Numbered from the whole stretch's first letter, positions 1-10,506 are shown. The stretch: 54,194 nt of DNA, filler included, from Stramenopiles sp. TOSAG23-6 (GCA_900128565.1; 2 parts of 2 records of this genome joined end to end with filler, not necessarily neighbours in it), one strand, 5' to 3'. The notes: generated by a model not told the origin, from the letters alone. Made by a program: numbers and translations.

Positions 1-2
1 AT

Positions 3-101
3 GTATGTTTTATTTTTTTTCAAATTCGAATTTTTTTTTTATAAAAATTTTGTACTTAACAAATTTAAGTTTTTTTTTTCAAATATTTTTCCAAAATACA
101 T
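3..101 (+). other. Family intron at the contig start (GT..AT at 101, or GT..AG at 105)
   Basis: at|gtatgtttt...tgtacttaac...aaatatttttccaaaatac at. The upstream exon is outside the window, so the acceptor is ambiguous. Confidence 0.7.
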
Positions 102-2064
102 ACAGGATCGCGATTATTTATTTGGTGCGTTGTCGCCGTATTTAGCTTTATTTTTGAAACGATCGTTACTGAGTTTGAATGAATTGCAAGTTAGAATTTG
201 GCCAAAACCATTTGAACATAATAAAAGTCCACAGAAGCGTACAAGAATAGTTGATGGAAATGCATGTAGTGAAAAAGCTATTTTGTATTATTCCGATAAA
301 ATGCCAAAAAATGATGATATTAATGCATATGTATTACGTATTATTCAGGAATTACGTAATGTATTTCGTGATAGAGGATTACTACTCGCTGTTGGCAGAG
401 GAATCACTACATCACTAAAATTTTTCACACGTTCTGCTCAAAAGATAATTATATCTACACCTGCAACATTTGAATTAAAGTTAGGTCAGTACAATGATAA
501 TATTAATGTCGATGTGGATGCTTCGCCAAAATTGACTACACAAAAAACACCAAAATTATCACCCGCTAAATATCATAATATTAGTGTTTATAAATCCTTG
601 TATATTGTCTGGAAATCTCTTGATTCATTTTTACTGTCTAAATCAGCACATTCACAACTAAACGATAATTATACTGTATTGCGCAGTTGTATATTACCTG
701 GAATTTTAGCTATTGAAGATCTTATGCGATCAATTCTAAGTCCATATTTTTCCTCGGCCTGTCACGATTTTCGTGGCATACTTTCACAAATGCATTTCGA
801 AAATTTTGGAAAAGGGTCTGGTAAAAAAGTATCGACTTATATGCACAAACTTCAATGGCGATTGGAACAATTTACAAAAATGTATTTGAATCCATTAGTT
901 TTACAGGATTTATTTGTAAAAAGCTCTGTTGGTGGTGGACAGTATGATGATGAAATATTGGGAGTTATGACACAACAATTATGTCAGCGTGTTGTTGTAG
1001 ACTTTATTAGAAATATTTCCTTGATTAGACCTTTATCTGAAGAAGGCAGGCTAAAATTGACTTGTGATTTAGCACAAATGGAACTGTCTCTTGGTCCATT
1101 AGTTGCAATATTATGTCATACTGGTATTCATAAAGGCAATAATTGTACTACAACTACTACACGGACAAATAATAACATGGAAAATCTTCAAACTCGAACA
1201 AATAATCAAAAAAAACATTCAATTAATGAAATTCTTGGTTCAGATATTTATGAAGAATTACGTGCATTTAGACCGTTATTGTTTCTAGATTCAAAAGATA
1301 TATCAAAAAATAATACAGAATTGTACAAATTACGCCCGAGTGTTTTTTGGCATCATCTTTTGGCTCGTTCTCCACCACAGCTTCAATTTCCATTTGAGTT
1401 TGATGTACGTTTTCTTTCTTTGTTTTTTCTGTTTTCTTTTATTTCTTTTATTTTTTCTCTTTCTTTTTTTTTACTTTTTCGTTTTGTCAAAAGGTTTTTT
1501 TTTTGTTTTGTCAAAAGATTTTTATTATAACATTTTTTTTTTCTTCAATATTTTCTCAAAATACATAATTCTACACAAGCAGCTTACATTAATTGGATGG
1601 AACAAGAAGGTAGAACACGGGCGTTGTCACTAGAAAATGGAAAAGCAGCAAATTTACATAGAAAAATCACTACTATTTCAACTGATTGTCATCAAATGAA
1701 ATCTGAAACTAAAAATTTATGTCATTTTGAAATGGCTCATTTGATTGCAGTTAAACCAATGAGTGTAGAATCTAGAGAACTTGTACGTTTTCATCATGAA
1801 TTTNATTTTTTTTTNTNTTTTTGTATGAAAATTTCGTACCTAACGAATTTCAATGTTTTGAAATATTTTTTCATAATACTTGAAGCGATTGTTAATGCAA
1901 AATTGAAACAGTGTCTCGATACGTATGCTAATAGAGTAAGTGCATCTCCAACTGATTCATTATGCGAAGAATATCAAATACTTTTGAAAGTAGGAAGAGA
2001 AATCTATGAAACATTTTACAGAACAATTTCTCTAAGAATGAAAAGAAGAATGAAAGATTTGTAA
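102..2064 (+). CDS. COG5: Conserved oligomeric Golgi complex subunit 5, 5'-truncated; exons ~102-1404, 1567-1782, 1882-2064
   Basis: COG5-like C-terminal motifs FIRNISLIRPLSEEGRLKLTCDLAQMEL, YEELRAFRPLLF and PPQLQFP. Removing the introns joins ...FEFD|NSTQAAYINWME and ...SREL|EAIVNAKL in frame. Confidence 0.85.
1405..1566 (+). other. Non-canonical intron GT..AT (162 nt, T-rich expanded)
   Basis: gat|gtacgtttt...aatattttctcaaaatacat|aat. Contains an in-frame stop; the nearby downstream AGs are out of frame. Confidence 0.8.
1783..1881 (+). other. Non-canonical intron GT..TT (99 nt, in frame)
   Basis: ctt|gtacgttttcatcatg...tcgtacctaac...aaatattttttcataatactt|gaa. Confidence 0.8.
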
Positions 2065-2333
2065 ATGTTTTTTTCTTAAGAATGAAAAGGGTGGCGAGAA
2101 TAGAAAGGAGGATGATCTGAAGAATAGTAAGGACATCTGTTTTTATATTTTCTGTGTTTCTCTTTTTATATTTTCTGTGTTTGAAGAATATAAAAAAATA
2201 AGTAAAGAATAACCAAAGAAGTCTTTCAAATCTTTCAACTTTTTCAATTATGTAACAAAATTGTACGCAAAATAGAGTATGACCCTAGTACTGTAGTAGG
2301 CATTGTGAGTTTTCAGACTTGATGATGAAATCA

Positions 2334-2894
2334 TTACATCAAAATCATCTTGAAGAACCACAAACTTAAAAGTAACAAAGTGAAGACAAATATAGGATAA
2401 CCAAGTATTTGAAAGTGTCCATCAAAATTTGGCTTCAACGATTCTGGCCTGAGAAGTTGTTTAACCTTAGTAGAGAGTCCATCGTCCGTTGGTTGAAGTA
2501 TCTTTGAATCATCAGTGCTGGGTTTTGAAACATTAGTGCTAGGTTTTGAAACATTAGTGTTGGATTTTGAATCATTAGTGTTGCTAGGTTCCAAGGCCAA
2601 TTTTCCAACATTGGATGACTCATCTGAATCATGGACAACCATTGGACCTGTAAACGTTGGCGAGGTATCTGGATCGTTTATATGTAAAGCCTTTTTTATT
2701 TTAAGTAATGAATCCGTCGTGTGACGATGTTTTGGCCATACAGATGTTTGATTTTTCTTTTTTGCCTTTTTGTTTGTTACCTTTTTCCTCCGTCTTCTCC
2801 TCCGCCTTGTCCTTGCTCTTTTCCCCATCATTCCCATAGAAACATTTACCATCGAAAACAATAACAATGATAGTATAACAAAACGTAGTACCAT
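2334..2894 (-). CDS. Hypothetical membrane protein with signal peptide, basic patch, S/T repeats and C-terminal TM helix
   Basis: 186-aa ATG ORF with hydrophobic N- and C-termini and SKPSTNV repeats. Confidence 0.65.
   Translation of the reverse strand: MVLRFVILSLLLFSMVNVSMGMMGKRARTRRRRRRRKKVTNKKAKKKNQTSVWPKHRHTTDSLLKIKKALHINDPDTSPTFTGPMVVHDSDESSNVGKLALEPSNTNDSKSNTNVSKPSTNVSKPSTDDSKILQPTDDGLSTKVKQLLRPESLKPNFDGHFQILGYPIFVFTLLLLSLWFFKMILM
2513..2580. repeat. About 3 x 21-bp coding tandem repeat
   Basis: cattagtgctaggttttgaaa-like units encoding SKPSTNV/SKSNTNV on the minus strand. Confidence 0.7.
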
Positions 2895-3098
2895 TTTTCA
2901 CGTATTGGGTTGTTCAATAAATAAAATAGATAAATGAGAGATGGAGGTGGACCTACCGTAGCTACTACGTAAAGTATTCGCAAAAAATAGCAAATAAATT
3001 TTCGAAATTTTGGCCAAATGTCAAATGTTAAGTCAAATTTTGAGTAGGACTACCTCTTGAGCTCTCTTGTCCTCGATAACAAAAAAGAAAAAAGAAGA

Positions 3099-3943
3099 AT
3101 GAAAAATACAATGGATCTTCAAAGTGTTAAAAAAGTAGATAAAACAATAAGTCGTGCAAAATATGATGGACTTATTTTTGGAGCATTTATAATTGTAGCA
3201 CTCGCTAGTGTCGTTTCATACCTTATATTTTCGAAAGATAATCGACGAGAAACAACTTCTTTTGCTGACTGCCACTTCATTTCTTATACTGATGTGTCTA
3301 CTGGACGCGTGTCTCCTGAAGACGTGAAACATTTTACTATCGCAAGAGATGAGTTCCGCAAGACGGCTAGCAGACCAGTTGTGGCAGTCGAATATTGCCA
3401 CTCTGCTCTTTTAGAAAGTCGTTACGAAGCTAAAAAGGAAGAGTTGAAAAGAGATCATCAGTCAACTGAAGAAGAATGGGTTTGGCACGGAACCTCAACA
3501 AAAGAAAACATCTCGTCAATATTTACAAATGGATTTAGGGAACCAAAAAGTCGCTTTCGTGACAAGAATGGAGATGGAAAAGATCAAACATTAAAATACG
3601 GTGCAGCAATGTACGTTTTTTTTTTCAAACTCGATTTATTTTTTCGTACGAAATTTTGTACCTAACGAAAAAAATTTCAAATATTTTTCCAAAATACATA
3701 TACTTTACAACGCATACACTGAGAGCCATTGAGAAATATAGCGGAACAAATAGCCTTATTTTATCAAAATTACTTTTTGGGAATCGTGGGTACAATACCT
3801 ATGGTACAACTCAGGATGACAAGGAATATGATACATGGCTAGCAGAACCTACAGAAATTCCATTGGAGTTTGAATTTCGACGATTTTTCAGAATGGTAAA
3901 GTACAAAGATTTAGTATTGCCAGTGTATGTGGTTCATTATTAA
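3099..3943 (+). CDS. Membrane-anchored PARP/ART catalytic-domain protein; exons 3099-3610, 3700-3943 (251 aa)
   Basis: N-terminal TM helix. WHGT...IFTNGF motif, spliced YGAA|IYFT (cf. PARP YGxGIYF), and C-terminal VLPVYVVHY. Confidence 0.8.
3611..3699 (+). other. Non-canonical intron GT..AT (89 nt)
   Basis: gcaat|gtacgtttt...cgtacgaaattttgtacctaac...atatttttccaaaatacat|atac. This junction restores the IYF motif; the in-frame AG 24 nt further on would delete it. Confidence 0.85.
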
Positions 3944-4207
3944 AGATTTATTTTTTGCGAAATTACCAATCTCACTGATAGAGTTCCAGATGTATTATTA
4001 TGATTCAAAAATAAATTCATAAGCTGTGTCAAATAACCTATCTCAGTGAATTAATATTATGTCCTTCTGAGTTCTGACTTTGTTAAAATTTGGTTGTTCA
4101 GAGTTACCCGGTACACCTACCTCCGCGCGAAAATTTCACAGGAACCTTTCGCAATTTAATTGAAAAATTCACTCGAAATCTATCAAGTTTGAACAACTTT
4201 TTTCAAA

Positions 4208-4840
4208 ATGTCCAATTTATCATACGACGACCTGAACGCACAGCTGGAAAAGACCACGGATGCAGAAGAAATTACAAGAATTATGCAGCTAATGAAGCCT
4301 CTGAGGGAGGATTACTACGCTAAGCTTAAAGAAAGTGCGAATCGGGAGCCGACGTTAGGGCCAGAATTGACTGCGATGCACGCGAAAGCCGATGAAATTA
4401 CTGCTGCTGGTGAGGTCTTACGTCCGGTATTGAAAGTAAAACACGCGAAATTGAATGAGCTCGAAGCAGAAATGAAGAAGCAATACGTTCTCATATTTGA
4501 TTATCATAACCAGTTTAGAAATCTACTGTTCACAGGGAAAGGGCTTATTATGGAAACTGCTAACCAAATTCCTGAAACCCCAGATGATTCGAAATTGACG
4601 ACGAAAGCAGAGGAACTTGAGGCGTGGAGAAAGTTCGGTGAAGAAATGGAGGAGACGGAGGCAGGTTTTAAAAAAGCTGTCTCCTCACTGGATGCTATAA
4701 AAAACTCACCTGAATGGATTTCACTAGAGGAAAAAATGAAAGCAGCAAAGAAAATAAAAAATGAATGTCATGCAGAGGCAATGAAGGTACATGCTGAAAT
4801 CACTGCAGCGTATGGGAATTTTGGTGATGTTCTCAACTAG
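4208..4840 (+). CDS. Hypothetical coiled-coil protein (210 aa)
   Basis: Intronless ATG ORF, helical and E/K/A-rich. Confidence 0.7.
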   Translation: MSNLSYDDLNAQLEKTTDAEEITRIMQLMKPLREDYYAKLKESANREPTLGPELTAMHAKADEITAAGEVLRPVLKVKHAKLNELEAEMKKQYVLIFDYHNQFRNLLFTGKGLIMETANQIPETPDDSKLTTKAEELEAWRKFGEEMEETEAGFKKAVSSLDAIKNSPEWISLEEKMKAAKKIKNECHAEAMKVHAEITAAYGNFGDVLN

Positions 4841-4890
4841 ATAATAGTAGTATTGTAGATTTCTAAGTTCTAAGTAGTGTTGTGTGGAAA

Positions 4891-4993
4891 GATGACGTGA
4901 AATATTCAAAAATTTGAATTTTCTTAGGTACAAAATTTCGTACGAAATGAAATAAATTCGAAATTCAACGTTGAGGTGAAACGATGACGTGAA
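4891..4993 (-). repeat. Intergenic degenerate copy of the intron-family element, bounded by 11-bp direct repeats
   Basis: Minus strand reads ttcgtacgaaattttgtacctaag...aatattt. gatgacgtgaa occurs at 4891-4901 and 4983-4993. Confidence 0.7.
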
Positions 4994-5147
4994 TTGCTTT
5001 TTCGACGTTGATATGAAAGATGATGTGAAATGATTTTTTATAAAAATAAAAACTACACCAAAAACTACATTATTTGTTATCATCTTTATCAAAAAAATAA
5101 TATTTTACCGGGTAACCATTGTTATAAAAGAATCAAAAAGAATCGAA

Positions 5148-5172
5148 CGCCGCGAACCGGGATCGAACCAGT

Positions 5173-5219
<47 letters not shown>

Positions 5220-5220
5220 T
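5148..5220 (-). tRNA. tRNA-Phe(GAA)
   Basis: Minus strand ACCGCGATAGCTCAGTTGGGAGAGCGTCAGACTGAAGATCTGAAGGTCACTGGTTCGATCCCGGTTCGCGGCG folds as a cloverleaf with a GAA anticodon (73 nt). Confidence 0.93.
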
Positions 5221-5371
5221 TGTGGCACGTCTCGCAACAAACATTAATAAACATCACCTTAAACTCCAAAAAAGAGATTGGTGTTTTCGATGACTTTTCT
5301 AAAAATTAAGAAAAATTCAAAAATATCAACAATTTCTGTCAAAATTTCCATTTTAGAAAACTAGAAAATGT

Positions 5372-7218
5372 TTAATTACGTTTTTTATTGTGTAATGTCT
5401 TCATTCCAAATAAATTTGGTTTCAAATCTTTAGTTTTTTTCAAAAGTGTAAGTTGAATAAATGAATGAGTTGCATCAATTGTTTGTTGTATTACTTGAAG
5501 GGGATCTGCATAGCCTGCTTGTTTTGTTATTTTAGATAATATGTGAGGAAACCACAAAGGAACATCGCATATCAAAATTTTGTATAATATGTCAAAATTA
5601 AAAAAATATTAGCATTGCATATCCAAATGAAAAATATAAAAAAAAAAAAATATTACAAAAAAAAAGTATTACAAAAGATTAAAAAAAAAAATTAAAATGT
5701 AAAAATATTAAAAAAATACCCACGCATGTTGTGTACCCGGTAATACAGAGAGAATCGTATTTGTGCTATTATTCATTAGACGAAGAGTACATTCTTTATA
5801 AAAACGCAAATCAGGCCATGGTTCTGATAGTACAATAAATGTTGCTTTATCCTTCATCCCAGTATCAAGAATTGAAGTTTTCAGACATTCTGTCCCTATA
5901 ATTTGTGAAAGTTTTTTCGTAAAAAAATCGTTAGGTACAAAATTTGGTACGAAAAAAAAAATTTGAAATTCAAAAAAATTAAAACATACATGGATCATAA
6001 AGCACACAAGCAGAAAATATAGATTGTAGTTCTTGTGTTGCACATATAGCTGTAGCAGCACCAAAACTATGCCCACACATGATTAATTTTGAACTATCGA
6101 TACTCTGTAACAGATTATTAAGAAAAAACTTTTCTTTATTGAATTCATCCTCAATTTCATCTCCATTATTGTCTACAACGCCGACTGTATTTGTGAAAAA
6201 ATATTTTGTCTTGGTCCATTGAAAAAAACATTAGCTAGTACTAGGTGTGAAATTTCATACTAAAAAAAAATCATACTAAAAACAAAAATCATTGGATTAA
6301 ATGTAAAATTTGAAAAGAAAACAAAGAAAACAAAGAAAACAAAAATCAAAAATCAAAAAGAAAAGAAAACAAGAAAAACAAAATAAAAAAAAAATTAAAA
6401 AAAAAAAATAAAAAAAAAAACATACCTCTTGATGAATCTTTTTCTTGAAGAATTTCGCAAATACGGCTTATTTCTTTCACTCTATGTTGAAGCATTTTAC
6501 CTCGAAACTCTCTTAAAATGGAGAGATATTTTGGATATCCTTTTTTTTTTTTCATTTGGTGTTAGTTCTCTTGGAGGTTGATAGCCATGTATTGTGGAAA
6601 AATATTTTTTTTTGTACAATTTGTTAGGTACAAAATTTCGTACGAAAAAAAAACTAAATTCGAAATTCAAAACATAAAACATACATGGACGACACCATTT
6701 TCAGTTTTACAATAAGAAGCGGAGCCACACTCATGCTCTAGAATGATTGCAATATACCCCTTCTTTACAAAGTAGCTTGCCATAACAGAATGGATGTCGC
6801 AGTTTCCGTATAAACCATGTGAAAATACAACGACTGGGTATTTTTCATTTTCTGGTGGTTGGAGAATTGGTGGAGAATGATTGGAATCTTTTTTTGTAGT
6901 AAAACATGGACTTACAGCTTTACCAAGTCCGAAAAAACGAAATATATACTGAGACTTACCAACTGACTTTGCTAAATGCTCTAGTACGCCATTGCGCATG
7001 TAAGGGTAAGAGGTATACTCGTCGGAAGAATGTCTTGCGATAGGATAATAAATTTGCGCACAACATGACTTTGTAAATCGAACGCGAACAGCTCCAGTCT
7101 CTACCCCACTTTCCGTTGTCAACGATGTCGACAACCTTGGATATCGGTTATAAATACCAAGACCTAGGACTCCAATGCCAAGAGCCGTCATTCCTTTCAC
7201 CATTGATCCATTATTCAT
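5372..7218 (-). CDS. PAF-acetylhydrolase-like alpha/beta hydrolase; exons 7218-6685, 6586-6426, 6184-5990, 5895-5720, 5572-5372; one extra A in the 6541-6552 run
   Basis: YPVVVFSHGL, GHSFGAAT nucleophile motif, LYDP|W and PGTQHAW. Spliced length is 1267 nt (422 codons + 1). Confidence 0.85.
5573..5719 (-). other. Probable non-canonical intron GT..TG (147 nt, degenerate)
   Basis: tgg|gtatttttt...atacaaaattttg|ata gives HAW|ICDVP. There is no nearby AG; the exact acceptor is uncertain by multiples of 3. Confidence 0.55.
5896..5989 (-). other. Family intron GT..AG (94 nt)
   Basis: ccat|gtatg...gtacctaac...ttcacaaattatag|gg restores D-P-W. Confidence 0.85.
6185..6425 (-). other. Family intron GT..AG (241 nt)
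   Basis: agag|gtatgtttt...cacctag...aaaatattttttcacaaatacag|tc; the frame continues to GHSFG. Confidence 0.85.
6587..6684 (-). other. Non-canonical intron GT..AT (98 nt)
   Basis: cat|gtatgtttt...cgtacgaaattttgtacctaac...atatttttccacaatacat|ggc gives VVH|GYQ. Confidence 0.85.
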
Positions 7219-7444
7219 TTGAGGAGAAGAAAGATGAGAAGAAGGAAGATAAGAAAATTCTTTCGTAGGAACACAACAGCGAAGCAGAGATTAATTTTAA
7301 GAAATACGAAAAAGCGAAACACGAAAACAACCCGAAAACTTTTTTACAGCCGTTACAAGTCTAGGAGTCAAAAAACAAGTCAAAAAGATTTCATTAAAAA
7401 AACAAGAAGCTTGATAATAATAATCAAAAAAAAACAAAATTGTA

Positions 7445-8777
7445 ATGACATCAACGTATACTGGTTATCAAGGATTTACACCAAATGCATATCGAAGAAC
7501 AGAAACTGAAAAGATAGCAAGCACTCAAGATCAGCGTGATAAAAAGTTTCGGCAAAATGGTGCCAAGGTTCTTGAGACAACAGCAGGATTTCAGACAACA
7601 ACAGCAAACTCTCAAAGCAATGTCAAACGTGAGCACTATGTTGCTGCTCTGGCTCGACCTTTGAACCCGCTCAAGGCAAAGGATCGCAAAGGGTTTTCAA
7701 CTAAAGAGTTTGTTCATAGTTCTTCGTATTCATCAACGTTTCCGAATTTTGTGCAGCAGTTGCTTGACTTAGAAGGTCCATCTGAACAAGAATATCGAGC
7801 AGCTTTTAAAAAGGTTGATGCAGATAATAGCGGCACAATCTGTGCAAAGGAGGTGTCCCTTCTCATTCGGCATTGTACAGGAAAAGTTCCAAATCCTCGA
7901 GTTGTAGATACATTTATGGTATTTTTTGATCGAAACGGTGACGGTAAAATTTCTTGGGATGAATTTGTTGACGCTCTTGGTCGCGTGGAAGCTCATATGA
8001 AACGTGAATTATCGTCAAAAAAAGACGGTACACTTTTCGGTAAAGATCCCCCGCGTAGTAATAAAGTTTTACCAACTCCATTACCAAAAACAAGCAATCA
8101 AACTGATTTGGGTTGTGCTGGAGAAGACCCAAGAAGTCGCTCAAAAGCTACAGGTTCGTTTCACTATGAATTTCTAAGATTGATTAGTCATATACTATTT
8201 ATAATTCTATATTTAACAAATTCAAAATTATACAACATATTTTCACAAAATCCAGGGAGTGATCTCTCTCAAGGGACTACAAAAGTAACCAACCATATTG
8301 CTGGGTATAGTGGACACATATCAACATATACACCTAATATTGGAGAAAATGTACGAGGTAACAAAAACGATCAAATGATTGTTGAGACATATAATGTGTA
8401 AGTTTTTATTATATATATGTCTGAGTGTTTGTATAACAAAGAAACGGCCGAATTGGTGCATTGGTGTATTTTTGTATCATCTACGTTTCATCGTGAATTT
8501 GAATTGTATTGTTCAAATATATTCATTTTTACTAGAAAATTCTGTACCTAATAAATTTCAAACGAAATATATTTTTCAACAATACATGAATCCTCCAGGC
8601 TATTCAGGAATTAAAAATTCAAATCCTCAAGGTATGGGTAATTTATCTACTGATAAGTCAAGAATTGATCGTTTAGTCGAAGACATGTGGAGAGAGCGAA
8701 ATGCTGGTAAAGGTAGTGTGCTCTCCGAAACTACACAAATGCTGAAACCATTCGTACCAAATTTTGAAGATCAATAA
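7445..8777 (+). CDS. EF-hand protein with (P)GYxG repeats, resembling ciliary microtubule-inner proteins; exons 7445-8153, 8256-8397, 8588-8777 (346 aa)
   Basis: EF loops DADNSGTI and DRNGDGKI; YTGYQGF, IAGYSGH and PPGYSG motifs. Confidence 0.75.
8154..8255 (+). other. Family intron GT..AG (102 nt, in frame)
   Basis: acag|gttcgtttcactatgaattt...tttaac...atattttcacaaaatccag|gg. Confidence 0.75.
8398..8587 (+). other. Non-canonical intron GT..AT (190 nt) with an internal decayed donor at 8481
   Basis: gt|gtaagttt...tctgtacctaat...atatatttttcaacaatacat|g gives YNV|NPPGY. Confidence 0.7.
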
Positions 8778-9105
8778 CCAAATTTTAAAATCAATCAATA
8801 ACCAAAATTTGAAAAAAAACAATACCAAAAACAACACTAATAACCAAACTATACTTTTACATTTCAAAATAAACATCAAAATGATAACAAAGTTTTTTTT
8901 ATTTGTCACTTGCTACTTTATTTTTAAGCGAACACGAAATCGTAATCCGCTATATTTGTGGTGATATTTTTTAACAGCAAGTTTTTGACACGGCTTTCAA
9001 AATACTACCGTATTATACTATAAAGAATTTCCGAATTCCTTGTGGTAATTACTAATTATATGCGTTTACTCTCTATATAGATATTATACATATTTTGAGT
9101 ATAGA

Positions 9106-10506
9106 ATGCGTACACCCACAATGTATCTATTATTGTTACTCGCATATCTTTGTCGTGGATCAAGCATGATGCTATATTGGGCACATACATTTTCGGCCAG
9201 CCAACACACAACAAGGGAAGCATTTAGATTCAGAAGTAACTTATTTATCTATTGCTGTAAAAACAACTGCACGATTCCAAAAGAAGAATACGATTCAATT
9301 ATTCGAAACAATGACCTGATAAAGCAAATAGTATCAAAGAATGGTGAGGTACTAAAATGTGTTAGCCCAAAACAAAAATCTAGTTTAAACCTTGTGCTAG
9401 CAGCAGTTCGTAATAATGGCTTATCACTTGAATTCGCTTCCAAAAATTTACAGAATAATACACGCGTAGTCAAAGAAGCAATACAACAGAACCCTGTTGC
9501 ACTACAATTTGCTTCGCTTACACAAAGGCTCAATCCTAGCATCATGCAATTTGTATTTGATAAGACGGGATGGAGTTCACTTGAATTTGCTCCTACCGAA
9601 TTGAGAGCCAATAAAGATTTTGTTCTTTTTGCGTTAACCAAAGACCCAACAAACATAGAATTTGCATCTTTTGAATTAAGAGACGATACAGAAGTTATTT
9701 TGACATTTCTTGCACAAGAAAAACCATACTCAAATAGTTTTATGTCTCCGTGGACCAACCAATTTTCACTTCGTCATGATGACAGTGCCGCGATATTTCA
9801 GTGCCTTGGTGCAGGTTACGAACATATTGACGACAATTTCGTCTACCAACTGCCATTTGAACGTGTATCCATTATAATACAACATAGGGCAGCTGAATTG
9901 CTTGACATGCTGAAAAGCAGTAACAAAGCAACGAAAAATACATTGTCTCTTGATGCAGTGCTCAAAAGTGGTATGAAACAAAAAAAATGGAAAGAGTCGC
10001 ATTGTAAAGAAAGTATAATCAAGACATTAATACGCGAGATCGAACTTGACATTCAGTTGGATGCTTCTTCACTACTTCGATTTTTGCAAGCCCCATCATC
10101 ATTAAAACCATATTCTTCATTCACTTTCGTATCCCCGTGGAACAGAAAGCCCTGGTTAGTGGATTGTGCTGTCTCACAGCATATTTATAAATGCTTAGGC
10201 ATCTCTGTTGAAACAAATCAAGGGATCGATGTTGATCCTGTTTACATAAACGCAAGTCCTGAAGCTATCTTGCGTATGGATAAAATAGTGCAGCAACGCT
10301 CAAGTGCTTTGCTAAAAGCGATTGAAACATGTCAAAATCAAATTTCTAGACAATCAAGAAATGAGAAAATAAGTATAAATGTCAAAAAGACTGATTTTAG
10401 AAGAAAACAAAGAGACGAAAATGCTGTAGATATGCAATTTGAGGAATGTAGTCGCTTAGAAATGTGGGAGACTTTGAATTGTTATGATAGTCCTATTCTT
10501 GAATAA
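9106..10506 (+). CDS. DUF4116-repeat protein
   Basis: Repeats such as VLAAVRNNGLSLEFASKNLQNN, VKEAIQQNPVALQFAS and SLEFAPTELRANKDFVL. Confidence 0.75.
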   Translation: MRTPTMYLLLLLAYLCRGSSMMLYWAHTFSASQHTTREAFRFRSNLFIYCCKNNCTIPKEEYDSIIRNNDLIKQIVSKNGEVLKCVSPKQKSSLNLVLAAVRNNGLSLEFASKNLQNNTRVVKEAIQQNPVALQFASLTQRLNPSIMQFVFDKTGWSSLEFAPTELRANKDFVLFALTKDPTNIEFASFELRDDTEVILTFLAQEKPYSNSFMSPWTNQFSLRHDDSAAIFQCLGAGYEHIDDNFVYQLPFERVSIIIQHRAAELLDMLKSSNKATKNTLSLDAVLKSGMKQKKWKESHCKESIIKTLIREIELDIQLDASSLLRFLQAPSSLKPYSSFTFVSPWNRKPWLVDCAVSQHIYKCLGISVETNQGIDVDPVYINASPEAILRMDKIVQQRSSALLKAIETCQNQISRQSRNEKISINVKKTDFRRKQRDENAVDMQFEECSRLEMWETLNCYDSPILE

